Of a stretch of 64,000 nucleotides of DNA, positions 38,001 to 51,255 are shown in pieces. The stretch's first letter is position 1. Every line of letters begins with the position of its first letter. Location: the NCBI GenBank assembly GCA_026025795.1, contig JAPEUG010000018.1:1-64000 (forward strand). The letters run 5' to 3'. This DNA comes from Thelocarpon superellum. Taxonomy: Eukaryota. A program made the translations under genes and the position numbers. The notes beneath the pieces are model-generated. The model was not told the origin of the DNA and made no database searches. It worked only from the letters and a program-made list of their open reading frames with translations.

Positions 38001-41000
38001 CCATGCTCGGATTTGCCATTTTTCGCTTGTCCGGCTTGTCCGACCTGACCCCATGGCACGCTCACGCTGCCCCACACCGACGCACGCCACCCAAAGGGCC
38101 TGCGCGACGGTGTGGTCGGTACCATCCCAACCTCATCGGCCCTGCAGACTGTGCAGCAAATCTACACCCGCTCATGCACGTACCAGCTGCAGATTCTGCC
38201 GCTTGCGACGCTGGGCGAGAAGCATCGATGCAGCAGATTCAGAGACATGCCGACACAGACACGCCGAGACTAACCCCAGTTCAGGTAGCCTCATTGGTGT
38301 TGTGACGGGTACCGCACAGGCATGTATACCCAGGGGCCACGATGTTTGGGTGTTGGTTCGGCTGTCCGATCTGCCTTGAGTGGGCGAATCTTGTGCTTCA
38401 TCCCCGGTAACAGATATGTGAGGGATGAGTAGCTCGGTCCAGATCCGGCATCTTCGGCCGAAGAGTGACGTCTGGGCAAATGGTGCAATGCCTTTGTGAC
38501 GCAGATGCCGAACAGCACCTGGGCCGGAGAAGAGAAGAGTAGCCATCCGGACAGAACCTCCCGTCGAGTCTCATACGGGGAGAGCTTGACTCCGAATCCG
38601 GAACCGAGGCATGTTCTCTTCCTGACCCACAGCTTCCCAAGCTACCGGAGATCCTCGAGGACTGCTTGTAGGCACGTACGGCGCTATGATTGGCGAGCTC
38701 GTACGAGAAGAGCAGGGGGTGGTCCTTCGCGGCGACGACCGTGCGGCGCGCTGGTACGACGAGCATTTCTTTGCAGTCTCGCTCCAGCGAACCGACGGGT
38801 ACCGTACGGTCCTCGTACGCGGAGTGCATTGACAATGCTTCACCGTTGCGATCGCCTCACCTCGCCCCGGACCCAGATCAGCCGGATTCCAAGGTCCATT
38901 GTTCCGACCGAGCCGGTCATGGCTCAGACCCCCTTTCTCCTCCGTGGTTTTTGGGGTCTTGACGACCGACACGGACACGGACGGAAGCGGGCGGACATGG
39001 GTATATGGACATGGATGACCAAGTGACAGACACGGGCGCTAGGTGTTGACGTGGGCCAACCCGTTAGCTTCTCCCTTGACCGCTTGGCCGCTTGGCCACC
39101 AACTGGGCCGCGCTTGGCCGCCAAATGGGCCGCCTGGCCTCAGCTTGGCCGGACGGATTTCTCTGAAGCGGAATGGCACGCCTGGCCGCGAAATGGGCCG
39201 CTGGCCCGCCACATGGGCTGCCTGTCACCCGTCAAAGATCCCCTCGCTGCCGTCTACCCACGCAGCCTCAGCACTCGGTCCGACCCACTCCGATTGTTCT
39301 CATGTAATGGTTGCCTTTTCGCGCCTCGGCCTTGGCCCTTGGCCCCTCGGCCCCACTTTTACTCTCCCAGCAGTGGACAAGGACGGTCGCGATGCCTGCG
39401 TCGCAAGAGTTCGCCTCGATCAGGGCTACCTGCCCATCGCCCTAAGACGACCGAGAATGACGAATCCTTTACCTACAGCTCACGGCTGGCGGCTGACGGA
39501 TGACGGATGACGGGTGACAGGTGACGGGTCAAGGCGCGCAACTCGCAGGTCAAATATCGTAGCTACAGCAAAGCAGCCGACGGCTCGGTCGTAATTCTCC
39601 TATCGCAGCTGATATCGTTAAGGGCAAGGATGTCTAATATTGCATCGCACGTGTGTACTATCGTACGCGAGCGAGGATCAAGGATCTTTCCGTCCCAATA
39701 ATGCTCGCTGCCGCGTTATCGGTGTTCGAAACGCATATCTTATAGACGCACGGTCGTATAGGAGCACGGGATGGGGAATAACAGACACCCACCACGCCCA
39801 AGTCCAACCAACCGGCCGCCAGATCGGCCGCCAAGAAACAAGAAGGAATGCGGGAATGATGGCCCCCTCGCACTCGTCGCAAGACACTAACACGACTGCT
39901 TCGTTCTTGTACGTAACCTCCTGCCACGGCTGTCGTGCCACTCACACATCACCGAGCGGCGGCACCCCTCCGCAGGATGACATCGGGATCCTGCATCAGA
40001 TACACATGACGACTTCCTCGATCGATTCCGATTCGTGATGCTACTCCACCGCACATGGACGCCCATGGTCTCGCCCATCCAGCGTGTGTGACACAATAAG
40101 AGTCACCACGGCTTCCGTCTTCCTTTCATCACCCGTCCGTCCGGGAAGACAACGAGGGCCGTTTGGCATGGCTGAGGATAACTTGTGCGAATGTGGGCAA
40201 AGGAGGGGATGACGGGTCTCTACGGGGTAAGAGGTCCCTACTCGTAGCGTCTGCGGAAGCCAGACGCTAAGACGCGGCGGAGTCGCCTGGTCTGGTCCGG
40301 TAGGAGGACAGGACGAGTACGATGGACCCTGGACGCATTCACGTCTTGACCGGCAGAGGCAGAAGCAGAGAAACGCAGAAGCCGAAGCCGAAGCCAAAGC
40401 CAAAGCCGGAGCGCCAGGCCGTAAGCAAGGGGTGGGTCGGCAGACGTAACCCACAATGCAAGAGCTCAAGCTTTGCATGTCCTCGTGAATGCCCGGGCGG
40501 CCGTCGACGCTGGCGTGGTGACCGGCGCAATCTACCGCGCCCGCACCCTCACAGGCCCGGGATTACGATGCGACGGCAGCTCCCTTCCACGTCCCTTTCC
40601 ACACCCGCATCCTCCTGGCGTATCGTTCTCCTCAGCCGACACATCCGTCATCCTCCATTGGGATCGAGCCCGTGGCGTTCTGTCAGACGTGACAGGCGGC
40701 CAGAAGCGAGGACCTGCGTTTTTTCAACAGGGTGGCTGGCTCCGTGGCTGGCGCCTCCGCCCCCCCTCTTCGCCAGCCTATCCACCGCAGCGACCTGGCA
40801 GTACCTAACGCGAAACCCCGCCGACCAACGCTTGGTGGAAGGCTGATCTGGGACTCCGATGTCCCACTCCCTCCGTCTCTTCCGCCCGTCTTGGCTACTC
40901 TCGAGCAGCTAGCTGAAGCCTCACCCTTACCTACAGCATAAGACGGGCCTTTGACCTGCACGCCCTAAGAATGGGGGTCGGTCCGCACTGGACGAGAACT

Positions 41001-41970
41001 TGTGCGATAACAGGGATCAAGTGCTGAGCGTGGACCCTGGGCCAACCTACGAGGCGCTTCACTAGGCCCAGTCCGACGGCCTGGACGCACGCTCCTAGTC
41101 GATTACTACCTGGCCTTGCCTGCCGAACAACCGTGACGGCAGAATAATGCGCTGTCAATAACAAAGAGGCCTTAGTGGCCGACATGCCTTTTGCGGCCAT
41201 GTGGAGTAGTGGAGGCTGTGGACGCCGAACATGTACGGGGGAAGGTCTGGTCGATTGGCTTCGTCAAGGTCGGTCGGCCGATGCCTTGCGCGCTACGAGC
41301 ATGCCGTCGGCGTGCAGCCCCCGCTCAACCCTGGCTGCTTGCGGGCTGCTCCCCTGCCGCTCCGTCACGATGCCAGTTCCTGTCTTGCCTCGGAGGCGGG
41401 TCCAGTCTGCGAGCATGCCCCATGTTGACTTCCCTCTGCTACCGCGCCAGCACGGAAAACAAAATTGTGTCGGCAGTCTTAGATCAAGGGTGCGCAGTGC
41501 GCGAGGTTATGCGCGTGAAGAGGCGTGTCCCGGGTAGTGTGCGAGATAGTGCGCGAGGTGATGTGCAAAAATGCGAGGGAATGCATCCTGCGTAACGGTA
41601 AGTAAGTCGTGACGCACAAGCCTACCCCTGCCCGGTGCTGCTGCCCTGCCTACCCACCTGTCCGGACGAGTAGTCCCAGTACCACACTTCTGCCTGCCGC
41701 CGGCGACCGGGCCTGCCTGGCCGCACTACTGCTGGCTACCTCGTGAGCGGAGATCCTCGTTGATCCTCGTTGATCCTCGAGACTCGACATGACGCTACCT
41801 GCACTGCTGCGCTCCCTACTCGCGAGCGCGCCGGCCACTGCCGCTCCTCCCACGGACAGCTTCCTCATCGGTCCGCGCCCTCGCACGGCAGTCGGGCTGT
41901 GAAGTACCAGGCGTCCCAGCCAAGCCTTCAGCCATGGACTACGTGTCAAATGCGTCATGGTTTGCCGCGC

Positions 41971-42009
41971 GCACCTCGCACCTCGCACCTCGCCCCTCGC
42001 CCCTCGCAC
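41971..42009. repeat. Heptamer tandem repeat (GCMCCTC) ~5.5 copies
   Basis: gcacctc gcacctc gcacctc gcccctc gcccctc gcac seen directly. Confidence 0.8.
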
Positions 42010-45000
42010 AGCGCGGTCCAGCGCTCCCTAACCTCCGTCGCTCGTGCACTGCCCTGATCATTAATCCGCAACGCTCGTTCCCCTCATCCGAAATCATTCC
42101 CCCACAGAGTCGACCTCTTGATTCCCAATCCCTTCCGATCGATTGCCGCCCTTCCCGTGGCTCGATGTGTAGCTCTGGTCCGCGGCGGCCAGAGCACGGC
42201 GCCGTTGGAAGGGCATGGCTCTTAGTATTCGACTACCTCGAACTGACTACGGTCGGTCGACTCCGCTAGACAAGGAAGAGCATCGGTGAGACGTGGAACT
42301 ATGACTAACGAATCTCCATCGTCGCCATCGAACGTCCATCGTCCCGACTACAGGGACAATTGTGTGCCTGCCCGCCGAGCGGATCACCGGTCCCGACCAC
42401 GGGGCCTGGCTGCGTCGCGGTGAAGGAACGCGGACGGTAAGTCAAGGCCTTCTTGACGTGGACGTTGTGTCCAGAGCCAGGAGTGACGTCTGCCGATTGG
42501 CTTCGGCAAGTGGCACAACGTCCGGGATGGCCGAGGGACCCAGCACCGGAGTTCAACAGTCGCACTAATGGCAGCGGTTGAGACTTGGTCTGGGGAGCAG
42601 GTGGTGAGTTTGTGGGTCGTGGGTCAAGGGCGCGCGCGGGTGCCAAAGAGGCCTAGGGCGCCGTGGCCCGACCGTTCCCCGTCGCCAGGTTTTGTCAGCA
42701 TGGGTACACCTCTGGTCGTGACATGCCACATCCCAGCAAGCGCGACGTCGTCGAGCTGGTGCATCTCAGATCCGGTGCATGTTCGACGTCGATGGGCCGA
42801 TGCGGGTATGCATGCGTACCAAGCAAACTAGACGAGATCTGGGCCAGCCGGTCAGTTCCCCTCCGTGGCACCAGCTGCATCATTGGCGGCATTGGCGGCC
42901 TCACACCATTGGTTTTGGCTCGGGCGGGTCCTGCGTAGCCGTGGTCGGGGTGCGCCGGTCCGTGTACTGTACAACGTGGGTTGGTGGTATGTGCGAGGCC
43001 ACACCCAGCTGGGCCGTTGACCGTGCCGGCATCTGATGGACGCATCTGATGAAGGACGATGCGACTGCGAGCGCGCGTGCCGGAGGCGACCTCCAGCCAA
43101 AGCTGCCAGTCCATGCTGCCCTCGGCCGGAAGGTGAGCCCATGCTGGATGCCAGCGATCCGTCACGCGGGCGAGACACCAGAACGCGTCGACGGTCGAAC
43201 GTCGACTTACCGCTTCGCGTCGCGCCGACGGGCATCCTCGTCTGGTAGGTCCGAGCCAGGACAGGAGTCGGTCGTCGTTCGTCGTAAGAGCCCGGGCCAG
43301 GGCCGCAGCCAAGACTGCCGGGCAGGAGAGATGCGCGCGAGCGCGAGCGCGAGCGCGCGGACCAACGGAGCGGCGCGTCAAGCTCGCTGCCCCGGTCACT
43401 GGCGTGGGTAGGCTAAGGAACCTCCAAAATTAGGACCAAACGCTCGCCGAACGCACTCGCAACTGAGAATGTGGCTTTGTCGACTCCCTAGTCCACGACT
43501 TCGCTACCATCTAGCCCAAGGTAGGTAGCGACTGTCTCGACAGGGAAGGAAGGCCCCGTCCTTGGTCCGTCTGAATGTGGCGATCACCGCTCCTCCCACC
43601 GACCGGCGATCCCTGCCATGTTTCTGATGTCTTGCGCACGCCCAATTGATGGCCGTCCCAGACCCGAGTCCAGATCTGCCAGCCGGCCAGGGAGGGGATC
43701 CCTGCCCCGGTCTCTAGCCTCACACCCTACTCGTCCTGCCATGGCCCCCAGGCCCAGGCCAGGCACCTTGCAACCCTCCGCTCCAGCGACCATCCTCTGG
43801 CCCAAAACGGTGGACCCGTCCCTACCCCGGGGGCGCCTTCTCCTTCTAGTGGCGTGACCCCCGTTCAGAGACGCTTGCATCCGTATGGGATGGCGCATCG
43901 TCCTGGATCTGGGTGGGGACCACGCCTCCGACCAACGACGTACGAGGTAGCCGGCAGCGTGGGACCTTTTTTTCCTGGAACCCTACTTGTAGAGCTGGGC
44001 CAAGCCAAGGTCGCCAGGCCACTCTTCGTCCGCGCCCTTCCCCGTCCCCTCTTTTAACTCTCGTGTCCTGCCTTTCTCTCCCTCCTCTCTCCCACCTGGG
44101 CGTACGGTATCCGCGCCTGCCCTGCTCGGATCATCCCGATCCCGATCAAACTCTCTTTCCCCCATGTCCGGCAACGGCGACCATTGGTGACCTTATCTGG
44201 CCCACCCTCCCCGTGGGCCCCGTCCCACCCTCCTACTCCCCCCCCCCGCCCCGCCCCCTCGCGAACCTCTGTCCTCAAAACACCAGACGCACTAGACGGG
44301 CTCCAAGCGTCTTCTGACAATGACGGAGTCGGGGATTTAAGCCTACGCTAAATGCTACTGGGCGTGGGAAAGCCCTGTCAACCTGCGTGTTGATTGCATT
44401 TTTGAGGCCCCATATATGTGCTCGGCCCACTGCCCGCCACAGCCACGATCCTTACTGCCACCGTCCTAGTAGTGTCGCCGTCCATACCCTCTCCTCTCCC
44501 TCCTCTTCCTCGTCCTCCGTCTTTTCCGTTTCGGCCGCACAACTTCCCTCGAATCGTCGCACCAGTCCGCCAGCACCGGTGGACCCAGCGTGGCCGAGAA
44601 GCGGCGTCAGGTACCCAGGTTGCCAAGGCTGACGGGGCCCTGGGTCATGTAACCGCACGTCGACGTACATGACATGATACATCCACATGTACATAATTGT
44701 GCATGATAGTCGCCTACCTGAGCGCCTGGCATTGGCAGTGGCACGCATCCTCATCGGCTGATGCGCTTGCCTGCGGGGCTGCTTTAGCCATCGTCTCCGT
44801 CAGCTATCTTTGGACACGACCCCTCCGATCCTCCGACCATCATCTACAAGTACGACGGCTTGTCCGGCGCTGCCTCTCGGCTCTCCTCTTACCGACGTTC
44901 CGGACTGCTCCTCAGCATCAGCATCTTCCTCGTCACCTGGAAGTCCCCAGACACTCCTCTGGGGCCGGCACCGCTCGACATTCGTTCCTTGAGGCCTTGC

Positions 45001-45356
45001 CGTCCTCACCTCGTCCTGGTCCGGTCCATGACTGACGCACCTCGGCGAGCTTCACTCCTTTCCTTGACCGAGGTACGTCGACGAAAGTTTCTTCTCATGA
45101 GTGTCCTGGCCCGACTCATCCTCACTCTACCATTCGCTCTTCGACGAATGTCTTTGACCCTACTCCTTGCGTACTGGGGCTCCAAACGAAGGGATGTACC
45201 TGGTGACTGTCTTGGGTTGGATCAACGTGGTTTTAGGGACAGTGTCCTTCTGCCCGTCTCCAGACTGATGGTGTGTCTACAGCTTCCGTGTCTGGACCCC
45301 CTCTAGAATCAGGCGGCGGCCTGGAGACTCGCAGTTGCCAGTCTTGTCGACGGTTT

Positions 45357-46808
45357 ATGGACCGTCTCCCTCCTCCCAAGGAAAATCCAGAGGTCAAGCC
45401 AGAGGCCAGGCCAGAGGGTATGGCTACGATGGCGCTCTCCATGCCCGCCTCGACGACGCCATCTGCATCTTCGCATAGCATGATGTTACCTCCGATTCAT
45501 GAGGTAAGTGGATGCCAAAGCGGTCCCAGGTAGTCCTAACTCGCGACAAGGCTGTCCCTCAGATTATCTCGACGGGCGCGCGAGATGCGCGGAGTGGCTC
45601 AATCCACCTCTCCCATCGTGCCAACTATCCCACTCTTAGCACCGACTCTCGTACGGTGTCACCATCGTCGTATCCGGCGTCACCGGTACCGAAACGACGG
45701 CGACTCTCTCCTCAGCCGTATGGGCCGGAAACGTCGCTACCCCGGATCTCGTCCTTGCAGTCTACCGACTCGGAACGAACGGCATTCTCTTCGGGATGGC
45801 CCAAGAGTCCACGAGGTGCCGTTGTGCCCTCCGTGTCAGAATTGATTGGGGGCAAGGCGCCTAGCTCAGGGACATCATCCTCACACTCGGACATTTCTCA
45901 TGGTCGGCATCATTCGTCACCAATTCGGTCGGCTCGACTTCCAAGCCATCGAACGGTTCATGAGCCTCCCAGTCCAAGCCGGTCTGCACCACAGGCGGAC
46001 GTTACTGTCGAGGGCCGGCTGGAGGGCCGACTAGAGGGCCGACTGGATGGTCGTCTGGACAGTCGACTGGAAAGCCAATCAGACGGCCGTCTGGAGAGCC
46101 GACTTAAGAGTCGATTGGAGGGTCGATTGGAGAGCCGACTGGAGCGTCTGGACACGCATCGCGGACGACCAGTGGATCTCGTCCCTCAACGACTGGAACG
46201 GTCGTACACGTCTCCTTCACTGGATACCAGTCGATACGGGAACCAGAGTTACCAGTCGCTCAGCTCCGGAGACTCTTCAACGAGCCGGACCTTTCATCAT
46301 GGTTCGCAGCCTTACTCGCCGAGCCATCATGATCGTCGGCATTCGCCCTACAGCAGTCCAGTGACACAACGTCCCGATCGATCGCCATATTCGAGCAGCG
46401 ACCGACAGAACCTGAGCTACGAGTCCTTGGGAGAATATCCGGGGGAACAACGGAGCAAACGACGACGAGGGAACTTGCCCAAGTCGACGACGGACATTCT
46501 GAAGAATTGGTTCCACGAACATCTCAACCATCCGTATCCAAGCGAAGAGGAGAAGCAGATTTTGATGTGTCAGACGAGACTTACGATGAGTCAGGTATGT
46601 GTGGAAGAGTGTCCGAATGAGAGAGAAAGCGATGAATGATCCTAATGTATTGTTGGTCTAGATCAGCAATTGGTTTATCAACTGTCGTCGACGCCACCTT
46701 CCCTTTTACAATCGGCAGATTCGAGCGGAGATAATCGCCCAAGCTCAAGAAAGAGATGAAAGGGAGGAGCGACGAGGCGAGAGCGATGAGGGGAGGGTCG
46801 CTACGTGA
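45357..46808 (+). CDS. TALE-class homeobox transcription factor (Cup9/Tos8/TGIF-like), 3 coding exons
   Basis: KRRRGNLPKSTTDILKNWFHEHLNHPYPSEEEKQILMCQTRLTMSQ|ISNWFINCRRR (PYP loop, WFIN). Introns 45504-45550 and 46595-46661; stop TGA 46806-46808. Start could instead be ATG 45420. Confidence 0.9.
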
Positions 46809-47500
46809 TCCGAGAGCACGGAGACCAGAATGATGCGAAGACATTGGGGGTATCAAGGGTATACGACGTGACGTGGAAGCGGCCGGGAGGCATGTCAACC
46901 ACCGCCCCGGTGATTGGATCAAGTCGACTCTGATCGGGTGTAACCGGTCGCGTTGAATCTTGTGTCACATTTTTTTATTTTTGGCTCGCTTTCTTTTGTT
47001 GGTGGTGTTTCGGTTTTTGGAAGGGGCGGATGGTTTGTGTTGTGGGGAGGTGCTTTGACTTGACTCGAGGAGGGAGAAAGAAATGGATGATTGTCTTGAA
47101 CAGATCGGCGGGAATGGCGAAGGACCGAGGAAAAAAGGAGGGTGTACAAAGAGGGAAAGCAGCATTGGCGGCATCATTAGCGACATGATCTGCGAGTGCA
47201 TATGCAATGGCGGCGGAGAGGGGAGGACAAGAGGGAGGAGAGTGAGGAGAAATGAACTGATAATCGAAAGGATCGAAAGCGACAAGGACTGGGAAAGGGA
47301 GGGCAAAGGAAGGGGAAGGAAACATACCATATCAGGAACCCCCTAGGATTCAACACGACTTAATGAGAATATATCTAATAACGAGTCACTTCCTTTTCAC
47401 GACACTACAGTACCACGCGATACGACACGATCCATAAATAGGACTGATGACAGAAGTGCTGTTTTTATGTTTTTATGGGAAATATGTCCGGCTTCGATTC

Positions 47501-47578
47501 TAGTGGTAGTAGCAGAGGTAGTAGTGGAGGTAGTAGTGGAGGTAGTAGTAGTGGTAGTGTAGTGTAGTGGTAGTGGTA
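47501..47578. repeat. Imperfect (GTA/GTG)n trinucleotide run just 3' of the NUP82 stop
   Basis: tagtggtagtagcagaggtagtagtggaggtagtagtggaggtagtagtagtgg... seen directly. Confidence 0.8.
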
Positions 47579-47579
47579 C

Positions 47580-50500
47580 TCACGGAGTAGCAATGAAAAA
47601 AGGAGCAGAGGAAGAAGAAGAAGGAGTGAAAGACGAAGATGAACTCAACCGCTCAAGTCTGACCCTCGAACCCTCCACCAGCGCCGCTTCACGCTCTAAT
47701 AGGTCCATGACTTGATGTAGTTTCGCCTTGCGGATCGTCGTTGGGATTCCTCCTGTTCCTGTCGCCGTCCCTGTCCGCGTGCCTCCTCCTCCTCCTCCTC
47801 CTCCTCCTCCTCCTCCTCCTGCTGCTATTTTCGCGTTGGATCTAGGCGTGGCTGTGGGCGTGCGCGTTAGTGTCTGCCGATGTGCGTGCGCGCGCGGAGG
47901 CGTGGATGGGTGGGCGGTGGACGTGTTGGTGCTGGTACGACGAAGTGGGAGAGGTCGAGGAGAGCGCGATGGAGATGGAGATGGTGGGATAGAAGACGGC
48001 GTTGGTGAAGACGCCGGCGCCGCTGCTGGCGTCAGTGACGACGCTTGCTTGAGGAGTTCCGTCGCTAGTGCTTTCGCCTTCATGTCCCCTTTCATCAGTA
48101 TTTCTTTGGCTTCGCGCGGAAGGGAGACGCGAATATACCTCTTGAAATCGTTGCCATGGCTGCATCTTCATCTCCGCCTCTGCCCCAGCCTCTGCTTCCT
48201 CTCTCTCTCTGCCATTGTCTGACGGCGTATTCCCCGCCACCACCCCACTCAACTCCTCCACCTCCTCCATCCACCGCACCTCCCGCTCACTCAACTCGCG
48301 TCCTCCGCTGCGCGCCAGACGTCGTCGTAGCCGATCATACCGCGCGCCGAGCTCTTCCTGTCGTACTCTCGCAGCCTCGATGCGGCTCTCGAGCCCCACG
48401 TTCCCCGTTCGTTTCTCCGCACTTGGCTCGTCACCCTCGTCAAAGTCCTCGCCCAGCACGGCATCGATGCGGCCCGCTACTTCGTCGGCCCGCTTGATCT
48501 GCTCGTGGAACTCGCCCTGCAATCGCTCGCATCGTCGGAAGAGCTCGGCGGCTGCCACGCCCAACTGGTAGGTGTGCTGACTGAGAACCTTGTGCGCTTC
48601 CGTCATGAGGATGAGCGTCGCTTGCGACAGCCGGATCTCTTCCGTTAGCGATCGCCTCTGCCGGCCATGAGCCCGACTATCGAGGAGTGAAGCGAGTGGT
48701 GACGGCGCCCACAGCGTCGATGGAGGCTGGTAGATGGCGCGCGACTTGTGCGGTACCACGGCGCGCTCGTGCTCCCACGTCACTCGCCCTTGGTTGGCGA
48801 GGCCCTGGAAGGCGTTGACTTCAGGAAGGTCAAAGGACACGCCCACCGCTTGACCACATGCTTCGGTCAGGAGAAAGTAACCCAGGTCCGAATCGCGGAA
48901 GACAACGCTCGCCGTGAGATCATCGCCCTCTGGCTCTGGCAGCTTCACCTCGGCCACTCTCTCTCGGAGTGTGCGCCCGTCTCCTGTGAAGATCTTCATC
49001 CGGAAATCCAGTCCTGCGTCGCCGCTGCTGGACAACTCGCTCTCCAATCGCTCTATCCAAGGGGAAAAGGATAGGAAGGTCACGGCCTGTCTGTGCGTAG
49101 CGAAGAGCGAATAGCGTGAGTACGGGTCCGGGCTGAACACCGGCCAGCAGTCTTCTGGCGAACGCATCTCGCTCGCTCGTTGTGTATCGATGGATTCGAA
49201 GGTCAGCAGTGTTGGGGGATCCCTGGTCTCATCCTGCTTCTTCAGCTTGCTCTGCAGAAGTTCAGTGTCTATCATCCCTCAACCTTGCTCGATGTATCTC
49301 ACCTTCTTCGTAGGCAACCAAGCACCCTCGACCCCATCCACGTCCAAGCAAACATGCACACGTCCGGTGCTGGTAATCAGACACACGATCCCGACGGAGA
49401 CGCCATCCTCGGCCTCCCCGTCCCCGTCCCCGTTCTCCGAGGCAAGCATCGGGTCTTCCCCGAACATCAGCTCTTCCTCATCCAGCTTCGCTCCAATCAC
49501 GTGGATATCCGTGAACAGGACCTCGTGATCGTCGTCGCCATCATCCGGTGCAGGGTCCAGAAGAAACGGACCCTGAAGTCGCGGTATGGCGCCTTGAATG
49601 ATGGGTCGGGTGAAGACCTCAATCTCCGGATCGAACTCGGACTGGCCCGGCAGATAGGCGGGTTCCTGGTTGTCGATTTCCGAGATCCACGCATATCGCT
49701 GCTGGCAATCCAACACCTCTCGGGCCGATGCGCTTGATGTCGACCGGACCGCGTTGAAGTCCGACACGATGGAGACGGAGAGGGAGGGGATGAGCGCCGG
49801 TGGGGGTTGCCACTTGGTCGGGAGCAGCGGACACAACGCGTAGACGTCTCCCTCCCGCATGGCCAGCCATAGAGTCATGGGCGCCCAGCCCTCCTCTTTC
49901 CCATTCCCCGTCCCTCCAAAACAGGTCGACGCGACTTCCATGTCAAAGGAATCGGGGGAGAAGCCTTTGTTCTTGCCCAGATTGGTTGCGCCAAAGTCTT
50001 GATCGGACGATGTGCCGTCCACCAGCTTCTTCAGATCCAGCGCCATGCTGGGGCTGTCAAAGGACCATCGATTGTCGGGATTGAGCTCCCACACCCGGAC
50101 GACGGCATCGGTGGTGACGGTCACCAGGCAGCTGTCCGAGACGCCGAGAGGATGCCACAATGCCGAGGTGACGGGGGGCTGTGAGAGTACATGGGTGGTC
50201 GGCCCCAAAGTATGGGTCTTGAGTCGTATCGGGCCCGTGTCTGGGCCTCCGAGGTGGGAGGAGTCGGGCAGAAGCGCAACGTGGACAGTGTGCGAGGTGA
50301 CGATGGCCAGGAGATGTCCTTTTGGCGATGGGATCAGCTGCCGGATGGGCTCCGACACAGGTACCTTCAAGCTCTATATACTCCGTAAGTACACGGTCGT
50401 GGGGATGTCTCCCTTCCATCAATCACCTACCCGGTAGGATGCGGTCTCGTCATCTTCCATCACGTCGGACCCCTTTTGACTCTCACGATGGCGCCGCCGA

Positions 50501-50751
50501 TGTCCTCTCGCCTTTCGCTGCTCAGCCTTTTCTTCCCAGTCGTTCTTGAGAGATGCAAGGTCGGCCCAGCGGATCTGGGTGCCCACGGCCACAAAGACCT
50601 CGGTGCCGCGGCGAGCGAGGGTGCGACGAGGTCCGGCGGCGGGTGCTTTCAGGGCACTGGGCCGACCGCGCGAGCTTGGCGGAGCGAAGAGCTCGTGCCC
50701 GGGCGATGGCCGGCAGAGCCACGCGGGCGTGGAGCTCAAGATCTTGGGCAT
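47580..50751 (-). CDS. NUP82: Nucleoporin Nup82, 4 exons
   Basis: MPKILSSTPAWLCRPSPG, RGTEVFVAVG, LWHPLG, AVVRVWEL, WAPMTLWLAMREGDVYALCPLLP, coiled-coil AAAELFRRCERLQ and C-terminal VMDLLEREAALVE. Introns 50374-50430, 49252-49302, 48078-48138. Contains (CCT)13 at 47782-47820 encoding poly-Gly. Confidence 0.88.
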
Positions 50752-51255
50752 GGTGTGCAGAGTAGCTGAAGCGGATGACGGAGTGCAGGTCAAGCTACAG
50801 CTCTCCCTCAGCTCGAGCGCGAGGCGGTGGAGGGGGCGAGGTGGAGGAGGGTAAGAGTTGAAGGGTCATTGCGGTGCTCTTGACTGCCGCAAGAATATGA
50901 GAGAGGGTGTTTGGTCGATGTCTCTCACCATACCCGCTTGCTGTGCTGTGCCGTGCTGTGCTGCTCGCCGGCTCTCCGGCTCCCCGTCTGCACAAAGCAA
51001 CACGTTCGGACGGGGTTCGGCTGGTTCAGGCACCCAGACGCCTAAACGCCTAAACGCCCGGGCGTCCATTGCTAACTGGACGAGGCGGCAGTTTGTGCCG
51101 GCACAACAGACGGTGGGAGCGCTACCTGCCCCGCTACCGCGGATCAGGTTAGCGTGGTGGTTCAAAGTGACGCGGAACTACCAAGTACCACAAAGACAAA
51201 CAGCGAGAGCTGCCCAACCAACGGCTTCAGAGCTTCCACGTTCTAACCAGACAGC

